Origin: Octopus vulgaris
Taxonomy: Eukaryota
DNA length: 64,000 bases
NCBI GenBank assembly: GCA_951406725.2
Contig: OX597814.1
Location: 219,046,001 to 219,110,000, forward strand
Reading direction: 5' to 3'
The notes below the pieces were generated by a model. That model ran no database searches. It worked only from the letters and a program-made list of their open reading frames with translations, and was not told the DNA's origin. This document shows, in pieces, positions 52,016 to 64,000 of this stretch; position 1 is the stretch's first letter; the number at the start of each line of letters is the position of its first letter. The translations under genes and the position numbers were made by a program.

Positions 52016-53009
52016 AATGATTTGTAAATCTTGAACTAATATTGTCCGATGTGTTCTTCATTTTGTAAGACGTTTGATTTGTGATATTCATCCCGACTTA
52101 AACGTGAGAGAAACTCTCATATTGGCTTTTGGCTTCTGAGATGTGATACACAACCTGGATTCACTGCTCGAATAAAAATCTTTTGTGTGCTCCTTTTAGC
52201 CTAATTTTTCTTGTTAACGACTTGTAATATTTTTGGGTGATGTCAGATATAGGTCACCAGTGCTGATTAAAGAATTAGGATGGGATATATAAAATAAGTT
52301 GAACTATGAATGATATGGACTAGTGTTTCCTGAGCGCTTTTTTTTCACCCAGCGCTCCTTTCATGACGTAAAGAAGTATAACCAATCTCGTGTTAGTCGG
52401 CGGTATACGCATATTTCGGAAAATCTTGAAATCCAGATTTACTAAGACTATCCAGAGACAATATTCTGATTCTAAATAAATATATCGGAATGTAGGGCAG
52501 GATTCATGACAGACGAACTGTAGACAGGAACTTCGTTGTGGGCTAGCTAGGAAGTTGGTCAGCAGCGAAAGGGTCTTCCGGTGAGAGAAGAACAACAAAA
52601 GAATGTCAGCTGTGAGTGTCAAACGAATCTGAATGAATTAAACAGAAATAACTGGCTACTTAAGCCCCGATGTTCGTAAAGTAATAAACGTTTGATAAAT
52701 GCATTCTCGTCTCCACTACTTTGCTTGCGTATAGCTTAAAGCTATAGGAGAATGTTAATGTAGAAGACTTATTTAATTAGACAGGAAGTAGAATATCTTC
52801 ATCAGGAGATTTATAATTTACATTTGCTAAGAGGACCAAGAGCCAAATGGTATCTTCTCACTGGTGCTCGTGCTATCTATAAGGCATCAGTCAATAGTCA
52901 ATCTCGTAACAGTTAGTAATGATGTACGATAAAAATCAACGAGTATTGCTGAGCGGAGTCCAAATTTCCATGTGAGTATGAGTTAGCAGCTATCGGGGAT
53001 TATGCTCAA

Positions 53010-53366
53010 CTAGCAGTATCGCCCGGCGTTGCTCGGGTTTGTAAGGGAAATAACTATAAAGCATTTTTAGAGTTATAGCCAAAAAATGGAAAAAAAAATG
53101 ATGGTAAATTTTTTTTAGTTAAAAAGGTCGAGTTGCGTCCCCTAGACAGTCTGTGGTTTCTGTTTCTGATTCTCGACCCCATGTTGAATTTATCGATTTT
53201 TTTCAGAACTGGGGGAACTTTTCAAAATTTTAGCTACGTTAGTTTTGAATTATGACATTGGGCTATGTGTGTGTCAAGTTTCATCAGAATCGGTTGAAAG
53301 CTGTGGTCAGGGTGAGGGTACAACCTAACAGACACACAGACAAACTGCCGTTTATATATAGAGAGA
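53010..53366 (-). mobile_element. Non-autonomous Helitron, variant interior
   Basis: Same CTAG/hairpin end as 29421; 5' TC with (TA) tract; different middle. Confidence 0.8.
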
Positions 53367-53521
53367 TATCTGAGTCACACTGCACGAAAATAAAAGTTTT
53401 ATATGTCCTTCTTATTGCCTACTTCACTTCTGTTGCTACATGGGATTTTTGTTTTGGCTGATGTCAAGAACTTGTGCTATTAAAAAGAAAAATACTGTGA
53501 TATATAAAATAATAAATTAAG

Positions 53522-56500
53522 GTATGGTTTCTCAACGGAAGCCATATGGCCCCGTGGGGACCATGAAACATTTCTTGGTGGCCACAACGCTAAGTTTGAA
53601 AAATAGGGAGCCACAGGGGCCTACGGGTGTAGGGGGAGGGTACAGAAAATTTAGGAATCATAAAATATTAACATGTAGGTATGTATTTTTATCTGTAAAA
53701 TGCACGTGACACACATACATATTAGAAACATGTGTATATGCGTTTATAATTATGATGGATAATCCTTTTGCACTAATTTTCTATTACACTCATATATGTA
53801 CCTGAAGAACACATGTTAGAATATTAGATTTTGAGTGTTGTATCAGGTCATCCCATAAGTTCTGACCGATTTTACCTTTTTTTAAAAATTGAATGAAATT
53901 TAATAGTATTTTAGAATGTCTAATAGAATTAAAAAATATTTTTATGCATTTGTGTACATTTAAGCCAATTAAATATTATTTTACAGAATAATAGAATTAA
54001 AATTTCTTTGATTAAAACCCTTTCTAGCGTGGAAGTATCCAAAGAGCATTTAAGACACATAATGCTTTATGAGTACAAAAAAAGGAAACTCTGCAGCCGA
54101 AGCGACTCGAAACATACACCCAGTTTATGGGAAAGAATGCTTGAATGAAAGAACTTGCAGAAGATGGTTTGCAAAATTGAGAAGTGGAGATTTCAGCCTT
54201 GAAGATGAAGATCGAACACGACGTCCAGTTGAGTTTAATGATAAGCCCCTTGAGGCATTGCTTGAAGAAAATCCTGCATTATCAGTTGAAGAATTGGCAA
54301 TAAAGCTTAGTTCAAACCTTACAACTGTTCATCGTCATCTTCAACAACCTGGAGAGGTTCCTAAACTTGGAAAATGGGTGCCTCATGAAATGTCCGAAAG
54401 CAAACGCAAATCCCGAGTTGACATCTGCTCTTATCTCCATTCTCGTAAACTCATTTCACCCTTTTTGGATAGACATGTGACTAGTGTCGAAAAATGGATC
54501 TTGTATCGAAATGTTAAACGTGGAAATGTTAAACAGTGGCTTGGTAAAAGGGAAAAAGCTCAACCACAACCGAGAAGGGAACTTCGTGGTTCTGCTGTCT
54601 ATCAGGTGGGATTGCAAAGGAGTAATTGACTTTGAATTGTTACCACATAATGCAACAATCAATGCTCAAGTCTACTGTCAGCAATTAGAGCGTTTGAACC
54701 AAGCTTTGAAGAAAAAAAAAGACCCGCTTTAGTGAATCGAAAAGGAGTGACGTTTCATCAGGACAATGCGCAACCTCACACTGCAAAGATCACATCACAG
54801 AAGATCGAAGAGCTTGTTTGGGAAAAAATTCCTCATCTACTTTATTCTTCCGACCTTGCTTCTTCAGATTACCATTTGTTTCGTAGTTTACAGAATCATT
54901 TGGGGGACATAAATTTCGCAAGCCAGGAGGAGGTCGAAACTGACAATATTCTGTCGATTATCTTGCTAATGGATTCATTAAATCTCCATAAAATTCTACC
55001 ATGCCTATATGTCTGCTATACAAGACTTTGTTCTCAAATGAAAGTATGGGGCCCTGCAAACTAAACTAAAAAACATCTGGAGACTGCACAGAGAAATAAG
55101 AAAGACAAGCCATTAAATTTCTTCAAAAGGTTACGTGATGAGTTTTAGGGAAGATTGACAGTGGATCAAATGTTCACTCAAAAAGCAGTAAAAGTAGACA
55201 AAGTGAGCCTCATACCATTGGTGAATCTTTGACCATGCCTGTAGTGGCTGTAGTGCTTTCAACAGTCAGGATCAGTGTCCACAAGAGGTTACTGGTGTTA
55301 TTCCTCTGAGCAACTCATCAGTATCACGACAGATTGATGAAATGGCGGCTGATGTTGAAAGTTAATTAGTTTCAAAATTTAGGATAAATGAGTTCTCGCT
55401 TCAAATAGATGAATCAACTCTACCTGATAATTCTGCTTTTTTAGTGGCATTTGTTAGGTTTCTTAATGGTAACGATAGATGTCAAGAATTGCTTTTTGCT
55501 TTGAAATTAACGACCGACTCAAAAATGGAATCCATCTTCAAAAACACCTGAGGCCTATTTTGAAGAGAACAACATTCCATTGAAGAATATTGTGGCTTGT
55601 GCAACAGATGGCGTTGCTGCTATGATCGGAAGATATCGGGGATTCAGTGCTTACTTAAAAAAAGCTGTTCCTAATGTGCACTGTGTTCTTCATCGACAGC
55701 ATCTGGTTTCCAAACACATAGCAGGACGTTTGAATGATGCACTTATAAATGCTATCAAAGCTGTCAACTTGATAAAAAAGAATGCACCACAAGATCGCCT
55801 CTTTAAGCAATTATGTGAAAATAACGACAAAGAATTTGAACGACTTGTGTTGCATACTGAAGTCAGATGGCTATCCAAGGGTAATTGCCTGCATCGCTTC
55901 GTTGCACTTTGGGCCACGTGTTATCTCTTTTTTGAATGAAACAGAACTTGGAGAGAAACTTGTTGATGCACAGAGTGACATTTTTTTTATTTGTCTGACA
56001 TACTTGAAAATCTAAATGTCGACTTCAAGGACATATCTCCACTCTGTATTCTTGCGAAGAGAAAATTAAAACCTTCAACGGAAACTAAAGTTATTCTGAT
56101 TGAATCTTGGAAGACGGGAATTTGCAGTTTCCTTCCTTAGCAAGCATATCCATTAAGCTGCTTGATGATGACTTAACAGTTTATGTTGATCATTTGATGC
56201 AGTTACATAACGATATGAAAATGTGCTTCTCTGATCTACTCCAAATGACGGTGCCGCAGTGGTTTGTGGATCCTTCGTTGTTGATCCATCTGAAGTCCAT
56301 ATTGACACACAAGAATGCTTCATTAAACTTTAAAATAACACAGCAGCTCAAGCAAGGTTCAAGCATAGAGGATACAAGAAGCTGTGGATGAATGAAGAGA
56401 TCTCTAAAAAGTACCCATTACTCTGGGAAAACGTTAAGTTGCTTTTACTCGCTTTTCCCACATCTAATTTAGTTGAATTAGGTTTCAGTCGGGTTATGTG

Positions 56501-56903
56501 TCTGCTGTCAAAGACTCGAAACCGCCTTGACGGAGAAAGAAGAGGAGATTTACGCCTCTCGCTGACGGCTTTGAGACCAAACATTGACAGGTTGGTGACC
56601 TTGCATCAGTCACAGAGATCCCATTGAAATCAAGCAGTATAAACTGAAATTGTTATAATTTTTGCTTTGCAAATGTAAATAAATATATTTAAAGGAAATA
56701 TTTATTCAACTATCTTTTTTAATTTACAAATGGGGGTGGATGTTTGATGCAAAACTACAACTTCTAATATTTCTTTCTACTTCTCTAGATGCATTGAGTT
56801 GAGGGATAGGATGGGGGTAAAAACTTAAATTAGCATGGGGGCCATAACGATTTCGCATTGAATGAAAGGGGGGCCACGACCAGAATGAGGTTGAGAAACA
56901 CTG
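53522..56903 (+). mobile_element. Decayed hAT Buster/SCAND3-like transposon
   Basis: ACATDGVAAMIGR, HCVLHRQHL, HTEVRWLSKG, FPTSNLVELGFS; right TIR ggttgagaaacactg followed by ctgtagac. Confidence 0.88.
53843..54944 (+). mobile_element. mariner (DD34D) element nested in the hAT, right end lost
   Basis: TA|tcaggtcatcccataag; HTH region RTCRRWFAKLRSGDFSLEDEDR, WVPHEM, EKWILY, HQDNAQPH, YSSDLASSDYHLFRSLQ; frameshifted. Confidence 0.9.
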
Positions 56904-57516
56904 CTGTAGACCAGTGTTTTCCAACTTGGCAAAGTTCATTGCGAATTGGGGACAAGGGAGAAAGGCTGGTAGCGAGATCTATTTCTGTTGTGGCATTTTG
57001 TAGTCGACTAGCCTTAAATAGGTTCCACTCGTTTTCTTTAATGATTGGTCATTTGACCAATCATGAGTTTGGAGTATTTGGTTGAGTTCTGTATTTTGAT
57101 TGGTCGAGTTTTGCGCGGAATATGGATCTCGAATCTAGTCATGTTCTGCGTAATACCTTTTAAATAACTAACTTGAACCCTCGCCTATTTTTGCCTATAT
57201 ATAACCTTAACAAAAACCTCTTCGTGAGAAAGGCGAGAGAATTCCCAGCGGACGATTCGTGATGTTCTCCAGCTGTTATAACGAAGCACTTTTAACCAAC
57301 GACGGCCAGAGTTGAATTTTCCAAATGATAGATGAATCATACAACCACCAGAATCCGCGCTGTGTTTATTTTGTCCACTGCATAATTTCAGCAGAAGAAT
57401 CAAGTCTCGCTGTTATTTTAAAGTCTGTTTCTTGTTTCATTTCCACGAGTTGAAACGCAGCACATGTTACATAATGGCATGCAACATTCCGTAGTAAACC
57501 ACGAGAGACTTTATGT

Positions 57517-57880
57517 GGAAGCACTCCGTCTGTTACGACGACGAGGGTTCCGGTTGATCCGATCAACGGAACAGCCTGCTCGTGAAATTAACGTGTAAGT
57601 GGCTGAGCACTCCACAGACACGTGTACCCTTAACGTAGTTCTCGGGTATATACAGCGTGACACAGAGAGTGACAAGGCCGGCCCTTTGAAACAGGAAGTA
57701 AGAGTGAGAGAAAGTTGTGGTGAAAGAGTACAGCAGGGATCACCACCATCCCCTGCCGGAGCCTCGTGGAGCTTTAGGTGTTTTCGCTCAATAAACACTC
57801 ACAACGCCCGGTCTGGGAATCGAAACCGCGATCCTACGACCGCGAGTCTGCTGCCCTAACCACTGGGCCATTGCGCCTCT
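57517..57880 (-). mobile_element. SINE C
   Basis: TSD gagactttat. Confidence 0.88.
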
Positions 57881-58088
57881 ACTGAGACTTTATAACCACA
57901 CCAGGTAAAGGCTCAATAAAGATGGTCACACAACTACCACTCTGAGATTTTCTCTCAATGTCTCTAATCCTTAAAAATTTGCACACAAAAATATGCACAC
58001 ACACACTCCATGCATTTTCTATACGTTAAGATTCCGACATTAAATAGCATTGTTTATTCTGTCACGTTGCACAATACTATTGGCATGT

Positions 58089-58340
58089 GGAAGCACTCCG
58101 TCGGTTACGATGAGGGTTCCGGTTGATCCGAATCAACGGAACAGCCTGCTCAGCGTGACACAGAGAGTGACAACAGAAACAGGAAGTAAGAGTGGTGAAA
58201 GAGTACAGCAGGGATCACCACCATCTTGGAGCTTTAGGTGTTTTCGCTCAATAAACACTCACAACGCCCGGTCTGGGAATCGAAACCGCGATCCTATGAC
58301 TGCGAGTCCGCTGCCCTAACCACTGGGCCATTGCGCCTCC
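58089..58340 (-). mobile_element. SINE C with several internal deletions
   Basis: Both ends retained; TSD cta(t/c)tggcat. Confidence 0.85.
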
Positions 58341-58396
58341 GCTACTGGCATAACTTGTATAGAGTTATAGAGTAACAGTTGATAAGAATATTAATC

Positions 58397-58427
<31 letters not shown>

Positions 58428-58619
58428 GCGTGTGCGTGTGTTTGCGCGTGTGCGTGTGTGTGTGCGCATTCAATTTCGAAGATGACATCCCCAGACAACC
58501 CGACGATATCGTTAGGACGTACGTTAGACAAAATTAAACACAAAACATGGAACGAATCTTTATCAGACTTAAAAATAACGCGTCTACACTAGTAAATGTT
58601 AGATGTTTGTTGTTCAAAT

Positions 58620-58620
58620 T

Positions 58621-58656
<36 letters not shown>

Positions 58657-58832
58657 ATAATAATAATAACAATAATAATAATAATAATATATTTCTTTAC
58701 TACCCAAAAGGGGCTAAACACAGAGGGGACAAACAAAGGCAGACAAACGGATTAAGTCGATTACATCGACCCCAGTGCGTAACTGGTACTTAAGTTATCG
58801 ACCCCGAAAGGATGAAAGGCAAAGTCGACCTC

Positions 58833-58875
<43 letters not shown>

Positions 58876-59341
58876 CAATAATTCGTTCGTTTATTGGCCA
58901 CAAGGGCTAACAAAAATCAATTAAAACATAAATGGACAAAAACACAGGACGAAAGTTACAAAGGGTTTTGTCCGTTTGAAAAAAGGTCCGTGTAGAAAAG
59001 CAGGATAACAACGAAATGTAAGTAACAATTAGAACTCCCAATAGGGGGAGGCGCTTTGAAAGGTTACTCGTGGAGAAACCCATTAAAGCCACGGGAGCCT
59101 GGTCATAATAAATAATAATAATCATAATTTCAAATTTTGGCATAAGGCCGGGAAGTTTGGGGTACGATGTAAGTCGATTACATCGACCCCCCAGTGCGCA
59201 ACTGGTACTTATTTCATCGACTCCGAAAGGTTGAAAGGCAAAGTCAACCCCGGCGGAATTCGAAGTCAGAACGTAAAGACGGACGAAATGCCGCTAAGCA
59301 TTTTGCTCGGCACGCTAACGATTCTGTCAGCTCGTCACCTT

Positions 59342-59415
<74 letters not shown>

Positions 59416-60190
59416 TGATGATGCAGTACCAGGCAGTGGCTCTCATGGCTTCTGATCTTAACTAATTAAAGTGTTATCATGTACATTTTTTAAAATCTTG
59501 GTATAAAAGATGGCTACAACCAATATTCTGCTCAATACCACAGATTTTTGCTTGTCAGTTGTTTGACCTTAACCAGTTGTGCATGTCCCTTAGTGGCTGA
59601 CGATATGTGCATCTCTGATCACGAGCAGAAGTAATGGGGGAGCATCATGGCCATGTGTTGAAAGGAATCCTTTCGGGTTTAAATAATTCACCTCTGGAAA
59701 CATGGGTGGTTCTTTCAACATCTTTAAACAAACCTTATTCAGGGACCTTTTGAGTGGAAGGGGCTACTCGACCTGAAGAAAATTCTAACTGGGCCCTACC
59801 TGCAAGGTCATGTGCTGTTTATCTTGATATAAGACCACCATGTCGCGCACATATGATGCATGTGCCTGATGTACCCTTATCAGACAGGTAGCCATGATGG
59901 GTATACTGAGCTTCATATAATTTACCCCAATATCACTTTGATGGTATGCACTACTCTCTCACTCAATAATAATAATAATCCTTTCTCCTGGAAGCACAAG
60001 GCCTCAAATTTGGGGGAAGGCATTAAGTCAATTACATCGACTCCAGTGCGTAACTTATACTTAATTTATCGACCCCAAAGAATGAAAGGCAAAGTCAACA
60101 TCGGCGGAATTTGAACTCAGGCCATGGAGACAAGCGAAATACCACTAAGCATTTCGTCCAGCGCGCTAACGATTCTACCAGCTCGCCACC
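58620..60190 (-). mobile_element. SINE B copies (~58695-58832, ~59130-59340, ~59980-60190) interleaved with (TAC)/(TAA)/(CAA)n
   Basis: Family B core three times. Confidence 0.8.
59425..59978 (+). mobile_element. Retroposon family E, (AAT)n tail, no tRNA head
   Basis: accaggcagtggctctcatggc...ctctctcactcaataataat; inverted copy at 61366-61925. Confidence 0.75.
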
Positions 60191-60355
60191 TTAATAACAA
60201 CAACATCATCATCAACAACAAAAAACATCAGGACTAACAAGTATATATAACATACAGAAAACAGCAGTACTAGGCACCACACACATCCTACATAAAACAC
60301 CATAACAAACCACAGCACATACTCAAGGCACATGGAGCTGCGTAGTGAAAACACA

Positions 60356-61091
60356 TGTAGCGGACCCTTAGTGAAATCCTCTCTCTCTGACATATATAAC
60401 ACAAATACGGACGTGCCAGATAATAGCCAACCTTCGGCCGCTTAGGCCCTGTTGTGTCCACTACTCTGATTGGTTGGTTTTAGTGCAGTTTGTCTCTTGC
60501 TTTATTTCGAGCCAATGTGCGATCCAACCAATCGCAGCCTTCTGATAAGGTCCCGTGACAGTTTTCTAGGTTCTCTTCTGGAGTCTGTTAATCTCTTTAA
60601 AAGCTAGATCAATAAACCGTATTTTTGTTTTTGGTTCTCACCACAGAGCACTCAGACATGTTCCAGCGACAGACAGCGACAACGTCAACACCAGCAGTAT
60701 TCAGGACCTTCATCACCGTCGCCTTCATTTTAACGACGCCAACAGCAACATCACCCAGGTTTAACTTCACGCTGTTTGTGAATACTCACCAAGGTTAACA
60801 GCAAGCTCAACCTGCGTGATCCTTCTTTATCAAGTAACCCGGCACAGCATAGCAGCCACAACCTCTACACGCGTAGTAACCGGCTCTGCCCTTTTTTGCC
60901 TCAACTTCTTGTACAGAACTCCAACTATTGCATTCTTACTACGAACTGGTATTCATCTTTACCTTGTGTTTGAACATTCATCTAACGTCCTATTGTAAAC
61001 ACTTTCTATGCTCTGTATTTTATCTCACATGCATACACCCTTGTTTGTACACACAAGCACATTATGTATGCATGACGGCCTGTCTATTGTC

Positions 61092-61166
<75 letters not shown>

Positions 61167-62127
61167 CGTACTTATGTTGCACACACAGACACATACTCTG
61201 CTAACACCTAAATAAAACCTTTTTCTTAACATTCTACACACATACACATTATTGTATGCTTGATGGCCTGTCTTACTGTTCTTATTATATATGTACTTAT
61301 GTCGAACACAGAGACACACACTCTGCTAGCACACATACATATTATTATATGCATGACGGCCTGTCTATTATTATTATTATTATTGAGTGAGAGAGCAGTG
61401 CATGCCATCAAAGTGACACTGGGGTACAAATATACAAAGCCCAATATACCCATCATGACTACTCGTCTGATAAGGGTACACCAGGCACATGCATCACAAC
61501 CATATGTGCGCGATATGGTGATCCTATATCAAGATAAACAGCACATGACCTTGCAGGTGGGGCCCAGTTAGAATTTTCTTCAGGTCGAGTAGCCCATCCC
61601 GCTCAAAAGGTCCCTGGATAAGGGTTGTTTAAGGATGTTGAACGAAACACCCATGTTTCCAGAGGTGAATTATCAAACCTCAAAGAATCCCTCTCAACAC
61701 ATGGCTATGATGCTCCCCGACTACTTCTACTCATGATCAGAGATGCACATATCGTCAGCCACTAAGGGACATGCTCAACTGGTTACAGTCAAACAACTGA
61801 CAAGCAAATCTGTGGTATTGAGCAGAATATTTGCTGTAGCCCATCTTTTATACCAAGACAAAACAATGTACATGATAACACTTCCAATCAGTTAAGATCA
61901 GAAGCCATGAGAGCCACTGCCTGGTGTACTTATGTCGCACTCACAGATCTACACTCTGCTACAACATAAATAAAACCTTTCTCTTACGGTTGTGTCGTCT
62001 TTCTCCTTATTCCTTTTGGCACTCGTACTCATTTATCCATATTTTGGCTTTTATTGCAAGGCGACCGTGCGGTGTTTAAAGGAGTCATTCATTCGTCACC
62101 ATCTCCTTTTCGCACGGTCGTTCTACA
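60356..62127 (+). mobile_element. Possible solo LTR interrupted by family E and local duplications
   Basis: TGTAG...CTACA termini; internal AATAAA; no convincing TSD. Confidence 0.4.
61366..61925 (-). mobile_element. Retroposon family E
   Basis: Reverse complement of 59425-59978, with the same endpoints. Confidence 0.75.
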
Positions 62128-62440
62128 CATGTGATAAAAATAAGACTACTGAATAATAATAATAATAATGATGATAATAATAATAATGATAATAAATAAT
62201 AATAATGATAATAATAAGGATAATAATGATGATAATAATAATAATGATAATGATAAAGATAATGTTGATGATGATGATGATGATGAAAATACCCTGTAAC
62301 AATGCAGTGATTTCCAAACTTATTTTATCGCAGAATCCTTATACGATTTCTCAAAAATTACAGAACCCCCATATCTATATATTTTACAGACAATCCTTAT
62401 CACTCCAATTAATCAGAGATTAAATAAAACAGAAATTATT

Positions 62441-62503
<63 letters not shown>

Positions 62504-62701
62504 ATTAATGTTTTTATCAACAAAAACAACTTTTAATAACTTACTTTGAAAATGGTGAGCGCCATCTATGTTTATGAAATATGTCTCTTTTTACTAAAAA
62601 TTAAGAGGCACTTTATCTAAGGAAATCCCAGAATTTGTATTCATGGAATCCTGGTATTTAGAAAACTCTGCTCTCTAACAAGGAAAACAATATCAGTTCA
62701 A

Positions 62702-63445
62702 TGTGAAAATTTATGTGGGTCGCACCTGAGAATATATGCCTAGTGAGAATATTCAGCAATCCAAGATGTCACAATTCGCTGGAATGTTGCCCATATGATT
62801 AGCGAACCTGACCAATTGCAACTTCTGCTGGAAGGAATATTATTCACTTTCAACTCTTGGCGCCTGCTCTTCTGTGAGCCTCTCAATCGGTATAAAATGA
62901 TACACACACACACAAACGACCACGATCCAAAGAGCTTTGGGATGTAGCCGAGACGACAAGGCAGACGGATGGCGAACAGACACGAGCGTAGCGGGGGCGG
63001 TAGGGGCGGTACTTTTGGGCCTGCTGTAAGTAATATGTGTTTTTTTTTTTTTTTTGTGGAGTCCGGGGGCGGCACACACTCTAGCTACGCTAGTGCTCGA
63101 GCAGCAGTTGAATCTAGCTAATATCATCATAACGAACAGCCAGCAGCAATGCAACGACTAGCGGTAGCTTTTCGAATACTATTACAAAACATCCAAACTC
63201 TCTCAACAAACTCAAATTTGTTCGTGAAACCTCAATATTATTTTGACATTTTCTTCTATCTACATCTGTCTACCTCCGACGCTAGAAGCTCCCAGCATTC
63301 AACAGTTAGCAACAGCCAGCATTCACCTAAGTACAAGTGATAGTCTACGCTAGCTATCAACAACCAACTTTAGTACAAGTGGTAACAACATATTACAGCC
63401 ACATATGTTTAGTTCTCAGCGAGTCGATATCTATTTTACTTCACA
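62702..63445 (+). mobile_element. Possible solo LTR with a small hAT-like insert (~62981-63095)
   Basis: TGTGAA...TTCACA termini, TATAAAA at ~62891; no TSD. Confidence 0.3.
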
Positions 63446-64000
63446 TTGGGAAATATTTGAATACCACAATTTTTCTTTCTCTCTCCTGTAAATAAAATCA
63501 AGTGTTCAGAAAGTAGGTTCGCAGCAGTCATAATTGTCGTACATTATCTAGTCTGAGATTTTAATCTTGTTCCTTTACGTTCTGAATTAAAACCTAACTT
63601 TGTATTTTACTCTTTCGAGGTTGATTAAAATTATACAGTGATTCTTTTTTTTTTCTTAGTTTGGATAAGCTGGTGTGCGGTAGGAATCCTGCGTTTCGTG
63701 GTTGTACATTCCTTCGTCTGAGAGAAAGGAAGACGTTTTCCAATTGAATCCTCTTCTCTTCGTATCACTCAAACTTATCCAGACAACCTTCATTCTGTAA
63801 TTTTACCGACGGAGAACACTACTGGTTTCCTCAGGCTATTTTGACCTCTTTATACTAATGTATTACAACCATATCTCTTACCTTATGAAGCTCTATGGAG
63901 AATCAAATGAAATTAGTATTATGACAGGCTGTCAGCGGCCAGTTGAGTCTGCTACGCAGTTATAATTATCGGCGTAAGGACATTTTTTAAATCGTTCAAT

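Noticed and set aside
52680-52815. CTGATGA...AAAC on the minus strand as a hammerhead with a long stem II
   Set aside because: G12 is missing and stem I cannot be formed.
63680-63730. CAGACGA...GAAACGCA on the minus strand as a hammerhead
   Set aside because: Two core substitutions and weak stems; at best a dead relic.

Overview
AT-rich, repeat-saturated eukaryotic DNA. The SINE families and microsatellites point to an octopus or other coleoid cephalopod (inference). The only host gene I can reconstruct is a six-exon, minus-strand pICln/CLNS1A (methylosome subunit) orthologue: CDS 31626->14461, 648 nt, 215 aa, all introns GT-AG, ending in the PRMT5-binding motif GQFDDAD. The ORF track largely misses it. 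The rest is decayed mobile DNA: Chapaev3, Buster-type hAT, mariner and maT, piggyBac-, hAT- and Merlin-like MITEs, non-autonomous Helitrons, RTE/CR1/Tx1 LINE and Gypsy remnants, and several SINE families (labelled A-E here; these are my labels). The most unusual signals are: (i) a divergent inverted pair of minimal, Penelope-type hammerhead ribozyme motifs with a U4C core variant at ~46.1 kb; (ii) several fold-back elements, namely a 532-bp mariner palindrome made of two 3' ends, a 2.6-kb Merlin-like element whose arms duplicate an internal SINE, and a 915-bp element carrying telomeric repeats; (iii) a multi-layer nested TE stack directly upstream of pICln; (iv) many inverted repeats inside the pICln pre-mRNA. 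No intact autonomous element, Fanzor/TnpB or CRISPR was seen. Repeat boundaries are approximate unless a TSD is quoted.
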